Assembly: GCA_012519565.1 (NCBI GenBank)
Contig: JAAYPX010000077.1
Location: 7,910-71,909 of the forward strand
DNA: 64,000 nt
Origin: Clostridiales bacterium
Lineage (GTDB): Bacteria; Bacillota; Clostridia; Lachnospirales; Lachnospiraceae
Direction of reading: 5' to 3'
The position numbers and the translations under genes are program-made. Shown here one piece after another: positions 1 to 9,394 of this stretch; the stretch's first letter is position 1; every line of letters begins with the position of its first letter. The notes below the pieces were generated by a model. The model saw nothing but the letters and a program-made list of their open reading frames with translations. It had not been told where the DNA came from and made no database searches.

Positions 1-1443
1 ATCAATCAAGTAATTGAAAAAGGACCTTACAAAGACACCTGGGAGTCCTTAAGCAAATATCAAGTACCAAGCTGGTACAAGAAGGCTAAGTTTGGAATCT
101 TTATTCATTGGGGTATCTACAGTGTTCCTGCCTTTGGAAGTGAATGGTATTCTCGAAACATGTATATTCAGGGGTCGCCTGAATTCAAGCATCATATTGA
201 AACCTATGGGGAACATAAAAACTTTGGCTATAAGGATTTTATTCCAATGTTTAAGGCTGAAAAATTTGATGCCAATGAATGGGCAGACTTATTTGAAATG
301 GCAGGGGCAAAATACGTAGTGCCAGTAGCAGAACATCATGATGGATTTCAGATGTACCGTAGTGAGATATCCCAATGGAATGCTTACCAAATGGGGCCAT
401 TGAGGGATGTGTTAGGTGAGCTTGCTAAAAGTTGTCGTGAAAAAGGTATAGAAGCAGGAGCCTCTACCCATCGGGCAGAGCATTGGTTCTTTATGGGGCA
501 TGGGAAGAAGTTCGATAGCGATATTAAAGATCCTATGGTAAGAGGGGATTTTTATTGGCCAGCCATGCCTGAACCACATCATCATGATTTATTCAGTAAG
601 CCTGAGCCTACAGAGGAATATCTTCAGGACTGGTTAGTACGGACATGTGAGATTATTGATAACTACAAGCCGAAAGTTTTATATTTTGACTGGTGGATTC
701 AACATAGTGCATTTAAACCATATTTGAAGAAATTAGCTGCTTATTATTATAACAAGGCAGCAGAGTGGGGGATAGAAGTAGTTATTAATTATAAACATGA
801 TGCATTTCAGTTTGGAACCGCTGTACCTGATATAGAGAGGGGTAAATTTGCTGATGTGAAGCCATATTTTTGGCAAACAGACACATCAATTGCCTTAAAT
901 TCATGGTGCTATACTGAAAATAATGAATTTCGTTCGGGTAGTGATATTATCTGCGATCTGGTTGATATCGTTAGTAAAAATGGATGTTTGTTACTTAATG
1001 TAGGACCCAAGGCAGATGGTACCATATCTGAAGAGGAAAGGGAAGTGCTCTTAACCATAGGACAATGGCTAAAGATTAATGGAGAAGCTATCTATGGAAG
1101 TAACATCTGGAGAAAATATGGTGAAGGTCCTACAGATGTGGTGGAGGGACAGTTTTCTGATAGATTACAAAAAAAGTTTACATCAAAAGATTTTCGCTTC
1201 ACTACCAAAAATGGATATCTGTATGCTATTGCATTAGATTGTAGCGATGATGGTAAATACTGTATTCAATCTCTTGGGGAGCATGATGCATCTAGATATG
1301 CAAATTTCCATGGTATTATCCGTAGCGTAGAGTTATTAGGATATGATGAAGCCCCAACATGGAAACGAGATGAGAGAGGGCTTTTATTGGAGACTTCTAT
1401 GAGAAGTGACACACCATTGGTATTTAAAATAGCTATTGACTAG
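1..1443 (+). CDS. alpha-L-fucosidase, GH29 family (N-terminus lies upstream of window)
   Basis: Frame 1 is open from base 1 (INQVIEKGPYKDTWESL..WYKKAKFGIFIHWGIYSVPAFGSEWY) and runs into the 160..1443 ORF. The FIHWG.YSVPA, AEHHDGF and LLLNVGPKADG motifs are typical of GH29. TAG stop at 1441-1443. Confidence 0.85.
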   Translation: MNQVIEKGPYKDTWESLSKYQVPSWYKKAKFGIFIHWGIYSVPAFGSEWYSRNMYIQGSPEFKHHIETYGEHKNFGYKDFIPMFKAEKFDANEWADLFEMAGAKYVVPVAEHHDGFQMYRSEISQWNAYQMGPLRDVLGELAKSCREKGIEAGASTHRAEHWFFMGHGKKFDSDIKDPMVRGDFYWPAMPEPHHHDLFSKPEPTEEYLQDWLVRTCEIIDNYKPKVLYFDWWIQHSAFKPYLKKLAAYYYNKAAEWGIEVVINYKHDAFQFGTAVPDIERGKFADVKPYFWQTDTSIALNSWCYTENNEFRSGSDIICDLVDIVSKNGCLLLNVGPKADGTISEEEREVLLTIGQWLKINGEAIYGSNIWRKYGEGPTDVVEGQFSDRLQKKFTSKDFRFTTKNGYLYAIALDCSDDGKYCIQSLGEHDASRYANFHGIIRSVELLGYDEAPTWKRDERGLLLETSMRSDTPLVFKIAID

Positions 1444-1834
1444 TACATAATTAAAGGGAATGTAGGCCGTTATCCAACTTAAATGAAACTCCCCAACATC
1501 TTGACTTTATACAAAAAGGTTTTGATACAGGTTATATCTTAAGGGCAGGCCCTATGGCTAATAATGATGGAATATGCTAAGCAGACTTCGAGCAGCCTTG
1601 GCATTGCAAGATTATATTTATAGTATAATACTCAGGTTGCACTCATTGATGGTGCAACCTTGATGCATTTACCTCTAAGAATTATTACAACAGTAAAATC
1701 AAAGTCTTTCGGTAAGTTTGGTCCCATAATAAAACCAATTCCACCAGTGGTAATATATACAACATTAACAAACGTTAATAATTTAATTGAGGTAGATATA
1801 AAACGGGAATTATTATGGGTGCTTAGAAACAATT

Positions 1835-1965
1835 AGATTAGGCGGAACTCGAACCCGCGTCTCATCGCAATGTCTTTGCATAGCAAAGACATAGAAGAAT
1901 AAGAACATCGGCATGGAGCCTCCGTCTTATTCTTCAGAACTCTCAGTTCGAATGAGTCCAAATCC
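1835..1965 (-). other. tRNA-like structured element or degenerate tRNA-derived sequence (not a canonical tRNA)
   Basis: The minus strand ends in a T-arm-like GCGGG-TTCGAGT-TCCGC (1858-1842). CTAATCT (1841-1835) can pair with GGATTTG (1965-1959). Three internal hairpins lie between. There is no canonical anticodon arm and no CCA. Confidence 0.3.
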
Positions 1966-1980
1966 GGTTCTAGTACAGAA

Positions 1981-2012
1981 TAAAAAAGAGACCCTTCTAA
2001 TGAAGAGTCTCT
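1981..2012 (-). terminator. rho-independent terminator after tRNA-Gly
   Basis: The minus strand reads AGAGACTCTTC-ATTA-GAAGGGTCTCT (11-bp stem including one G-U) followed by TTTTTTA. Confidence 0.75.
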
Positions 2013-2020
2013 ATTTATTA

Positions 2021-2092
2021 AGCGCGAGACGGGATTCGAACCCGCGGCCCTCGCCTTGGCAAGGCGATGCTCTACCACTGAGCCACTCGCGC
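2021..2092 (-). tRNA. tRNA-Gly (anticodon GCC)
   Basis: The minus strand folds as a 72-nt cloverleaf: GCGCGAG-TG-GCTC-AGTGGTA-GAGC-A-TCGCC-TTGCCAA-GGCGA-GGGCC-GCGGG-TTCGAAT-CCCGT-CTCGCGC-T. The anticodon loop is TTGCCAA. CCA is not encoded. Confidence 0.92.
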
Positions 2093-2135
2093 ATATTATG
2101 TTGTGCTTTTGTTGTATCTCTCAAGCACAATACAC

Positions 2136-2164
2136 AATATACTATAATTTTATAATCTTGTCAA
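2136..2164 (-). promoter_or_regulatory. sigma-A type promoter for tRNA-Gly
   Basis: Minus strand has TTGACA (2164-2159), a 17-nt spacer and TATATT (2141-2136), about 45 nt upstream of the tRNA 5' end. Confidence 0.55.
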
Positions 2165-2228
2165 CACCTTTTTTGAAAATTTTTTAAATAATTTTAATTG
2201 TTCATATTTTTTCTTTTTAATGTAGAAT

Positions 2229-2996
2229 TTAGCCAATATTTAAAGTTATAAAATATTCATGGTTTGGAAATTGTTTTTGCTTAAGGGCAACTGATTTAGT
2301 AAAGGATACATCAATCCATAGCTCTTCCGCAGTAAGGAGAAGGTTAGCAAGCATAATTCCCATATCAATCATTTTACTATTTTTAAGAACACTTTTTAAA
2401 AAGGCGTTTTTCTTGCAGAAGATATGAATACGGTTTTTATATGCTACAAAGCGCCAAGGTTGGCTATTCATATGGGAAGGTGCGTATCTGGCTGCGGTGA
2501 GCATTTTCTGTATATCTGGAGAGACCCCTTCTTTATAGACTACTACGTCACTTTCTGGAAGGCGTTTTGCCTCTATCATATTACGGAATAGGGGTTTTGA
2601 GGTTTTTCCAAAAGCAATAGCTGTAACATATTTATATTTCATAGTTGATTTTAGTGATTTACCAGGGGTAGCAGTATCAATAAAGCAAGTACCTAGTCCC
2701 TTAGAGTTAATATATAGGCTAATTTGCTGCATTAGGTATCCAGCATTTACCAGATAATTTTCCTTCTCTTCAGAAGATATGCAGATATAATATGGAGCAT
2801 TAAGGGATAATGGTCCATAGAAGCCCTGCTTTGTTTCAATGTTACTAACAAGTTTGTATTCGACAGCAATACCATCTATTAGCATGGGTAGATCATTGGC
2901 AAACTTTAATATATCAGCAATAATTCCCCAGTCGATTTTTTCTTGTTTATAATGGCGCACTGATTTGCGGGATAATATAGTTTCAAGCATATTCAT
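2229..2996 (-). CDS. nitroreductase family protein
   Basis: 255 aa. SRKSVRHYKQEKI near the N-terminus and APSHMNSQPWRF are typical nitroreductase-fold signatures. Confidence 0.8.
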   Translation of the reverse strand: MNMLETILSRKSVRHYKQEKIDWGIIADILKFANDLPMLIDGIAVEYKLVSNIETKQGFYGPLSLNAPYYICISSEEKENYLVNAGYLMQQISLYINSKGLGTCFIDTATPGKSLKSTMKYKYVTAIAFGKTSKPLFRNMIEAKRLPESDVVVYKEGVSPDIQKMLTAARYAPSHMNSQPWRFVAYKNRIHIFCKKNAFLKSVLKNSKMIDMGIMLANLLLTAEELWIDVSFTKSVALKQKQFPNHEYFITLNIG

Positions 2997-3013
2997 AAAA
3001 CTTGCCCCCTTCT

Positions 3014-3892
3014 TTATTTATCTGATTCATTTTGTTGAATAGCGTTTTTTCTATAATAGAGTGGTGAAATACCATAATATTTTTTAAATAATTTGCTAAA
3101 ATGATATACATCATCGTAGCCTACTCGATTGGCTACGTTTTTTATACTATCACCGTCATCACTAAGTAATATTTCCTTAGCTTTTTCCAGTCTTATTTTA
3201 ATTAAATAATTAATTGGGGATTCGCCAGTTTCTTCTTTGAAAATCTTTGAAATATAAACTGGACTCAAATACATATTATGTGCAATTTGTTCTAAAGATA
3301 TCTTTTTATCATAATTTTCATTTAAATAATTTATTATTCGGTTTACTGCATAACTCTTATTATAAGATTCAATATTGCAGCCTTTTTGCTCAGTATTATC
3401 AATCTCTGACAGTTCCCTGATAATTAGCAAAAGCATCTGCATCAAATAAGATTTTATCATAAAATACTTACCAGCTTTAGAACTTTCCTTTTCAGATATC
3501 ATTGCATAACAGAGCATTGATATCTCTTGCCTAAGTTCTGAAGTAGTATGTATTATACAATCATTATCTTTGAAATCGATTGTATTAGCTTGCATATTTT
3601 TAAAATGAAAATTGGTGAAGCCAGCTATAAACTTAATTATAGGTTCATTTTGATTATATACAATATGCTTATGTTTAGTTCCAGGATTACAGAAGATTAT
3701 ATCACCAGTTTCAACTTCATGTTCTTTGCCGTCTAATAGGTATTTGCCCTTACCCGACAAAATTACAGCAAGCTCAGTATAATCATGGTCGTGATATGTT
3801 CCATCAACTGTTTTTTTGTTTTTTGAAACGTAGAATACTGTAGGGTTAAAATCATTATATGTTAAGTCATAATCAAATGACATAACGCTCAC
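3014..3892 (-). CDS. AraC family transcriptional regulator with N-terminal cupin-like domain
   Basis: 292 aa. The C-terminal double HTH is LEQIAHNMYLSPVYISKIFKEETGESPINYLIKIRLEKAKEIL ... YDDVYHFSKLFKKYYGISP. Divergent from the ABC exporter pair. Confidence 0.85.
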   Translation of the reverse strand: MSVMSFDYDLTYNDFNPTVFYVSKNKKTVDGTYHDHDYTELAVILSGKGKYLLDGKEHEVETGDIIFCNPGTKHKHIVYNQNEPIIKFIAGFTNFHFKNMQANTIDFKDNDCIIHTTSELRQEISMLCYAMISEKESSKAGKYFMIKSYLMQMLLLIIRELSEIDNTEQKGCNIESYNKSYAVNRIINYLNENYDKKISLEQIAHNMYLSPVYISKIFKEETGESPINYLIKIRLEKAKEILLSDDGDSIKNVANRVGYDDVYHFSKLFKKYYGISPLYYRKNAIQQNESDK

Positions 3893-4252
3893 CTCATTTA
3901 TTTTGTAGACATTTGTAATTACTCAGTTATCACAGTCAGCAAAGTGCGCATCCATTGGGGCTATTGAAGCAAATTACTGATAATTCACAGACATTTATGT
4001 TATTATAACATTTGTTTCAACAATTGTGAAATATTTTTTGAATTAATTTATACCTTATTATAATGCAAAATCACAATTAATAATAGTTTAAATATTAAAC
4101 TATTCGTTAAAATAATTATATACATATTCTTAATATAAAAAAACACATGATTCTGTTGATAATGTACATTTCAATATTTGTGAAAGAAGATATAATGATA
4201 AACGTTGTTTCTTGTTTATTTTGGCAGCTATGCCAAAAAGAGGAGGGGTTTT

Positions 4253-6049
4253 ATGACGGCACTACAGTGGTTTTATTCATTTTTAAGAAAGTATCGCTTT
4301 AAATTAGCATTTGCCTTGTTTCTAGTAACAGTAACATCAGCGATAGCGATTGTTAATCCTTATATCTCTGGTATTATTGTAGATGACGTTATTGAAGGTG
4401 GAAACAGGGACATACTACCTAGAGTGATCTTAATTATGCTTTCAGCTACTATTATTAGGTCTGTAGTTAGGTATAGTTATTTGGTTATCTTTGAGAATTC
4501 TTCTCAGGGGATGCTTTTTAGTTTAAGGGAAAATGTATACAGTAATTTTATGAAACAGGATTTATATTTCTATAACAATAACCGTACCGGGGATTTGATG
4601 TCCCGTCAGACTGGAGACATGGAAGCAATACGCCATTTTGTTGCCTATGTTATCTATGGAGTTTATGAAAATGTTCTTTTGTTTGTTATCGCTCTTGTGA
4701 TGATTTTTACAGTAGATTATCGATTAGCCTTATGTATGATAGCTGTGATGCCTATTACTGCTTGGGCAGCCACCAAACAGCTTAAAGCGGTAAAGCCTGC
4801 CTTTCAGAATATCAGGCAACATTTTTCCAGTCTCAATGCCTTTGTGCAGGAGAATGTCAGTGGTAATAGAGTTATACGGGCCTTTGCCAAGGAAGATTAT
4901 GAAATTGAAAAATTTAATAAAGAAAATGATGGCTATAGGAATGCAGAAATAGCTACTGCAGATATCTATAAAAAATATGTTCCTATTTTTGAATTTATGG
5001 CCAACTCCTTAACCGTTATACTTTACCTTGTAGGTGGACTAATGGTTATCAAGGGGGTTATGTCCATAGGTAAGATGGTTCAAATCAGTGGTTATCTTTG
5101 GATGCTCAATATGCCTCTTCGCCAGGCTGGATGGCTTGCCAATGACTATCAAAGATTTGTAACTTCGATTGAGAAGATATATTCTACAATTCAGTCGGTA
5201 CCATCTATTAGAGATCCTGAAAGGCCGGTAGAGAAGAAGCGTTTTTCCAAGGAAATTGTATTTTCCAATGTTAGTTATAAATCTCAGGATGAAATGGTTT
5301 TAAGAGACATTAATTTCCGTGTTAAGCATGGCCAAACAGTGGGTATAATTGGTGCTACTGGTTCTGGTAAGTCTACCTTAATGAATCTACTATGTAGATT
5401 CTATGATGTTACAGATGGTGAAATCACTATAGATGGAGTCAACGTTAAAGATATGGATCTATATTCACTACGGGATAATATAGGAATGGCTATGCAGGAT
5501 GTATTCTTGTTTTCAGATACTATAGAAGGTAATATTGCCTATGGTAGGCCGGATTGCAGTTTTGATGAAGTAGTGGCCGCTGCTAAGATTGCCAATGCCC
5601 ATGACTTTATTATGGAGATGCCAGAGGGTTATGACACAATTATAGGTGAGAGGGGAGTAGGCCTTTCAGGAGGTCAAAAGCAGAGGATATCTTTGGCCAG
5701 AGCCTTACTTAAAGATCCATCTATTATAATCTTGGATGATACCACATCAGCGGTAGATATGGAGACAGAGACCCAGATACAAAATGCTCTAAACGAGGTT
5801 AAACAAAGACATACCCTCTTTATAATAGCCCATAGGATTTCCTCAATCAAAGATGCAGATCTGATTTTAGTTCTGGAGGATGGAAGAATAACAGAAACAG
5901 GTACCCATGAAGAACTATTGGCCAAGAGGGGATATTACTATAAAGTGTTTAATCATCAATACGGTGATTTTGATAAAATCCGTGCAATTAAATCTACTAT
6001 CTACGAAAATAGAAAAGTAGATAAAGAGGGAGGTAGGAAGATTGGCTAG
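4253..6049 (+). CDS. ABC exporter, fused permease/ATPase (half-transporter 1 of a heterodimer)
   Basis: Walker A GATGSGKST, signature LSGGQKQR, Walker B IIILDD and an N-terminal 6-TM domain. I chose ATG 4253 because of AGGAGG 7 nt upstream; the track ORF opens at 4205. Confidence 0.9.
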   Translation: MTALQWFYSFLRKYRFKLAFALFLVTVTSAIAIVNPYISGIIVDDVIEGGNRDILPRVILIMLSATIIRSVVRYSYLVIFENSSQGMLFSLRENVYSNFMKQDLYFYNNNRTGDLMSRQTGDMEAIRHFVAYVIYGVYENVLLFVIALVMIFTVDYRLALCMIAVMPITAWAATKQLKAVKPAFQNIRQHFSSLNAFVQENVSGNRVIRAFAKEDYEIEKFNKENDGYRNAEIATADIYKKYVPIFEFMANSLTVILYLVGGLMVIKGVMSIGKMVQISGYLWMLNMPLRQAGWLANDYQRFVTSIEKIYSTIQSVPSIRDPERPVEKKRFSKEIVFSNVSYKSQDEMVLRDINFRVKHGQTVGIIGATGSGKSTLMNLLCRFYDVTDGEITIDGVNVKDMDLYSLRDNIGMAMQDVFLFSDTIEGNIAYGRPDCSFDEVVAAAKIANAHDFIMEMPEGYDTIIGERGVGLSGGQKQRISLARALLKDPSIIILDDTTSAVDMETETQIQNALNEVKQRHTLFIIAHRISSIKDADLILVLEDGRITETGTHEELLAKRGYYYKVFNHQYGDFDKIRAIKSTIYENRKVDKEGGRKIG

Positions 6050-7892
6050 AAATAAATATGATGTAGATGAGACCTTAAAGAGCGAATTTAAGTTGTCTCA
6101 CCTTAAAAGATTAGGTTCCTATATCAGGCCCTATCGTATGGATATGCTTCTTACGATATTTTTAACCACCTTATCTTCAGCACTGGTAATGTTAACACCG
6201 AAGCTGACCATATTAATCCTGGATGATTATATACCTAAGGGAAATGTTAGAGGTTTAGTGCAAGTGTGTATTGTGCTACTGCTTATATACTTGGCAATAT
6301 CAATAATCTTGCGGATGAAGACTACCATAACATCTCGGCTAGGTCAAAACATTATACATAAAATACGTAGTGATATTTTTAATCATTTGCAGGAATTGCC
6401 CTTTTCTTACTATGATGATAAACCCCATGGTAAAATACAAGTTAGGGTGGTCAACTATGTTAATAGTTTAAGTAATCTTCTCTCCAATGGTATAGTTAAT
6501 ACTATAACCGACTTGTTTAGTATATTTTTCATCATAGGTTTTATGCTTTCAATTAATGTAAGGTTAACAATAATAACCCTATGCGGTCTTCCTTTGCTTA
6601 TGATTTTAATATTTGTAATAAAGAAGAAGCAAAGGACTGCATGGCAGATATCCAGCAATAAATCTTCTAACTTAAATGCCTATATTGCAGAAAGTATTAA
6701 TGGTATCCGGGTAACTCAAAGTTTTACAAGGGAAGAAGAAAATATTCAAATCTTCAATAAGCTAAGTAACGAGTATAGATATGCATGGTTAAAGGCTGTA
6801 AAATTGAATTTCCTGCTATGGCCAGCTATAGATAATATAGCAACTTGGACTTCTGCAGCAGTATATGTACTGGGGATTAGTTGGCTAGATAAAGGAATGG
6901 AAGGCATAACCGTTGGTGTCTTAGTTGCCATAACCAGTTATATCGGTAGATTTTGGGCGCCTATTAATACTTTAGTAAGTTTCTATAATAACTTATTAAC
7001 TGCCGTTTCCTATTTAGAGAGAATATTCGAAACAATTGATGAGCCTGTGCTGGTTAAGGATTGCGAAGATGCAATTCCCATGCCTCCAATTGTAGGAAAG
7101 GTTGAATTTAAAGATGTATCCTTTAGCTATGATCCAGGGGTTCCTATACTTAATAGTATAAGTTTTACCGCAAATCCCGGCGATTCATTTGCTATAGTAG
7201 GCCCTACTGGTGCTGGTAAAACCACAATTATCAATTTAATTAGCCGGTTTTACAACCTTGATTCTGGTGTAATCGCTATAGATGGAATTGACATTAGCAA
7301 AGTAACCATTAAATCCCTTCGTAAGCAAATGGGTGTTATGTTGCAGGATAGTTTTATATTTGCAGGAACTATTATGGATAACATTCGCTATGGAAATATG
7401 GAGGCAACAGATGAACAGGTTGTTGCCGCTGCCAAGACAGTAAGGGCCCATGATTTTATTGTACAGATGGAAAATGGATACTATACAGAGGTAAATGAGC
7501 GGGGTAGTAGGTTATCAGCTGGCCAGAGGCAGTTGATAAGTTTTGCAAGAGCACTGCTGGCAGATCCCAAGATATTGATTTTAGATGAAGCTACATCCAG
7601 TATTGATACTGAAACTGAGATGTTGTTGCAAGAGGGATTAAACAGATTACTGGTCAATAGAACTTCCTTTATTATTGCCCATAGACTTTCCACAATAAAG
7701 AATGCTACCAAGATTATGTATATTGACAGCGGTGAGATAAAAGAGTTTGGTAACCATGAAGAACTAATGAAGAAAAAGGGCTATTACTATGACCTTTATA
7801 TGTCACAGTATAAATTCCTTGAGATCAGAAGGCAAGAGACTAAAGAGCGGATGGGCAGTGGTTATGATAGACCCTTAACTGTAGATTGCTAA
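6042..7892 (+). CDS. ABC exporter, fused permease/ATPase (half-transporter 2)
   Basis: Walker A GPTGAGKTT, signature LSAGQRQL, Walker B ILILDE. TTG start preceded by GAGGGAGG, overlapping the upstream stop by 8 nt (translational coupling). Confidence 0.9.
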   Translation: MARNKYDVDETLKSEFKLSHLKRLGSYIRPYRMDMLLTIFLTTLSSALVMLTPKLTILILDDYIPKGNVRGLVQVCIVLLLIYLAISIILRMKTTITSRLGQNIIHKIRSDIFNHLQELPFSYYDDKPHGKIQVRVVNYVNSLSNLLSNGIVNTITDLFSIFFIIGFMLSINVRLTIITLCGLPLLMILIFVIKKKQRTAWQISSNKSSNLNAYIAESINGIRVTQSFTREEENIQIFNKLSNEYRYAWLKAVKLNFLLWPAIDNIATWTSAAVYVLGISWLDKGMEGITVGVLVAITSYIGRFWAPINTLVSFYNNLLTAVSYLERIFETIDEPVLVKDCEDAIPMPPIVGKVEFKDVSFSYDPGVPILNSISFTANPGDSFAIVGPTGAGKTTIINLISRFYNLDSGVIAIDGIDISKVTIKSLRKQMGVMLQDSFIFAGTIMDNIRYGNMEATDEQVVAAAKTVRAHDFIVQMENGYYTEVNERGSRLSAGQRQLISFARALLADPKILILDEATSSIDTETEMLLQEGLNRLLVNRTSFIIAHRLSTIKNATKIMYIDSGEIKEFGNHEELMKKKGYYYDLYMSQYKFLEIRRQETKERMGSGYDRPLTVDC

Positions 7893-7926
7893 TATCATAA
7901 ATACTAGGGTTCTTGCAACTTATATA

Positions 7927-8038
7927 GGGTATACAGGAATTAACCTCATTTGATATGCTCCCACCTAAGTGACAAGTTTTTGTTATTTCACTTGTCTACC
8001 TAGGAGGGAGCATATCATTAGGTTGTCCCTGTATGCCC
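7927..8038. repeat. long imperfect inverted repeat (about 112 nt hairpin) downstream of the ABC exporter genes
   Basis: The left arm GGGTATACAGGAATTAACCTCATTTGATATGCTCCCACCTAAGTGACAAG pairs with the right arm CTTGTCTACCTAGGAGGGAGCATATCATTAGGTTGTCCCTGTATGCCC around a T-rich 14-nt loop. About 40 pairs by hand alignment. Confidence 0.7.
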
Positions 8039-8257
8039 TTTTATATATAAGGCCCCTTACAATTTGCTAGAGATGGGGTGGGGTATAAAGTTTTAATTTA
8101 AAAAGCTATTATAAAAATAAAATTTTATATTGGAACTGAGTTTAGAATATGTTATTATTGATAAAGACAGCTTGTACTTCGTGCATAAGGGCTGGGCGCG
8201 AACATTAAGCAAGGGAAAAACTTTATTCTTATAAGTTAGCAGGATTTCTAGAAAGGC

Positions 8258-9394
8258 ATGGTGATTATTATAAAGGGAAAATTCTATTTGTTATTAACTT
8301 TGATAATGTTATTTTTAATAGGTTGTGGAAAAGGTGATGATATTGAAACCAGTTTTATACCTTCACCAACACCTATTCCGATAGAGGATAATAAGGAGGA
8401 TGAGATTGAGGTACCTGTAACCCCTACGGAGGCACCTGAGGAAGAAAGGGAAGAGAATTTAGTCAAATACGTTAAGCTTAATGAGTTTGGTGATACCCTC
8501 AATGTAAGAACAGCTCCTACTACGAAAGAGAATAATAGAGTAGGTTTTTTAGTACACGGTGAAAAGGTAGAGGTAATTGAGATAAAGGACGGATGGGCAA
8601 GTTTTATGTACCACAACAGGGTATGTTATGTCAGTGCTGATTATCTTGTAGATGAAAGGCCTCCTGCAATCGAGCCACCCCAAGCAACTCCGACGCCGAC
8701 TCCAGAACCAACAGAAGCACCAGAGCCTACAGCAGTTCCGACACCTACACAGGTGCCGGAGAGACCAGAAACTCCTGAGCTGACCCCAACGCCTACTCCA
8801 ACTCAGCAGCCCACTCCAACAGAAAAACCAAAGCCTACACCTACTCCAACGGAGAAACCACAGAATACGCCTACACCAACAGAAAAACCAGAGGCAAGCC
8901 CTACTCCGTCTCCAAGTCCAAGTATTAATAAAGCGTCATCTAGTATTAGGGTTTTCAAAAATGAGCGTAAATTAGAATTATGGAATGATGGAAAATTGAT
9001 AGGAGTATATTCAATTGGTTTAGGTTCTTCACCAGAGGGAGATAAGAGTAAGAAAAATGATGGAAAAACTCCGGAAGGCAAGTATTACATAAGTTCAAGG
9101 AACGATCAAAGTGATTATTACATATCAATGGGAATATCTTATCCCAATTTAGAGGATGCTGTGGAAGCCTTAAGTAACGGCTTGATTACAGAAGACGAGG
9201 TTACCGCAATTATAAAAGCTGTGGAGAGTGGCAAACAACCACCCAGTAACACTGCTTTAGGTGGAGGAATTGCTATCCATGGTAATGGCAGTGGAAGTGA
9301 TTGGACCAATGGAAGCATAGCAGTTGATGATGAAGTGATGGATGTTTTATGGGACTACTGTAAAATAGGTACAGAGGTTACGATTTATAAATAA
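8258..9394 (+). CDS. lipoprotein with SH3b domain, Pro/Thr-rich linker and YafK/YkuD-fold (L,D-transpeptidase-like) domain
   Basis: Lipobox LFLIGC. SH3b-like LNVRTAPTTKENNRVGFLVHGEKVEVIEIKDGWASF. A PTPTEKP-type linker. The C-terminal part, RVFKNERKLELWNDGKLIGVYSIGLG...GKTPEGKYYI...GIAIHGNGSGSDWTNGSIAVDDEVMDVLW, resembles the YafK/COG3034 family. Confidence 0.75.
   Translation: MVIIIKGKFYLLLTLIMLFLIGCGKGDDIETSFIPSPTPIPIEDNKEDEIEVPVTPTEAPEEEREENLVKYVKLNEFGDTLNVRTAPTTKENNRVGFLVHGEKVEVIEIKDGWASFMYHNRVCYVSADYLVDERPPAIEPPQATPTPTPEPTEAPEPTAVPTPTQVPERPETPELTPTPTPTQQPTPTEKPKPTPTPTEKPQNTPTPTEKPEASPTPSPSPSINKASSSIRVFKNERKLELWNDGKLIGVYSIGLGSSPEGDKSKKNDGKTPEGKYYISSRNDQSDYYISMGISYPNLEDAVEALSNGLITEDEVTAIIKAVESGKQPPSNTALGGGIAIHGNGSGSDWTNGSIAVDDEVMDVLWDYCKIGTEVTIYK

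Noticed and set aside
1632-1832. A 66-aa minus-strand ORF between the fucosidase gene and the tRNA-like element.
   Set aside because: It has a TTG start, no RBS, no recognisable motif and low-complexity hydrophobic composition. It abuts the tRNA-like element and is probably non-coding.
1835-1965. Calling the tRNA-like element a selenocysteine, pyrrolysine or suppressor tRNA that might read the fabG TAG.
   Set aside because: No hairpin presents a 7-nt loop with U33 followed by CUA or UCA. The GCTATGC loop would put CTA out of register. Arm lengths are incompatible with tRNA-Sec or tRNA-Pyl, and the element lies after a terminator.
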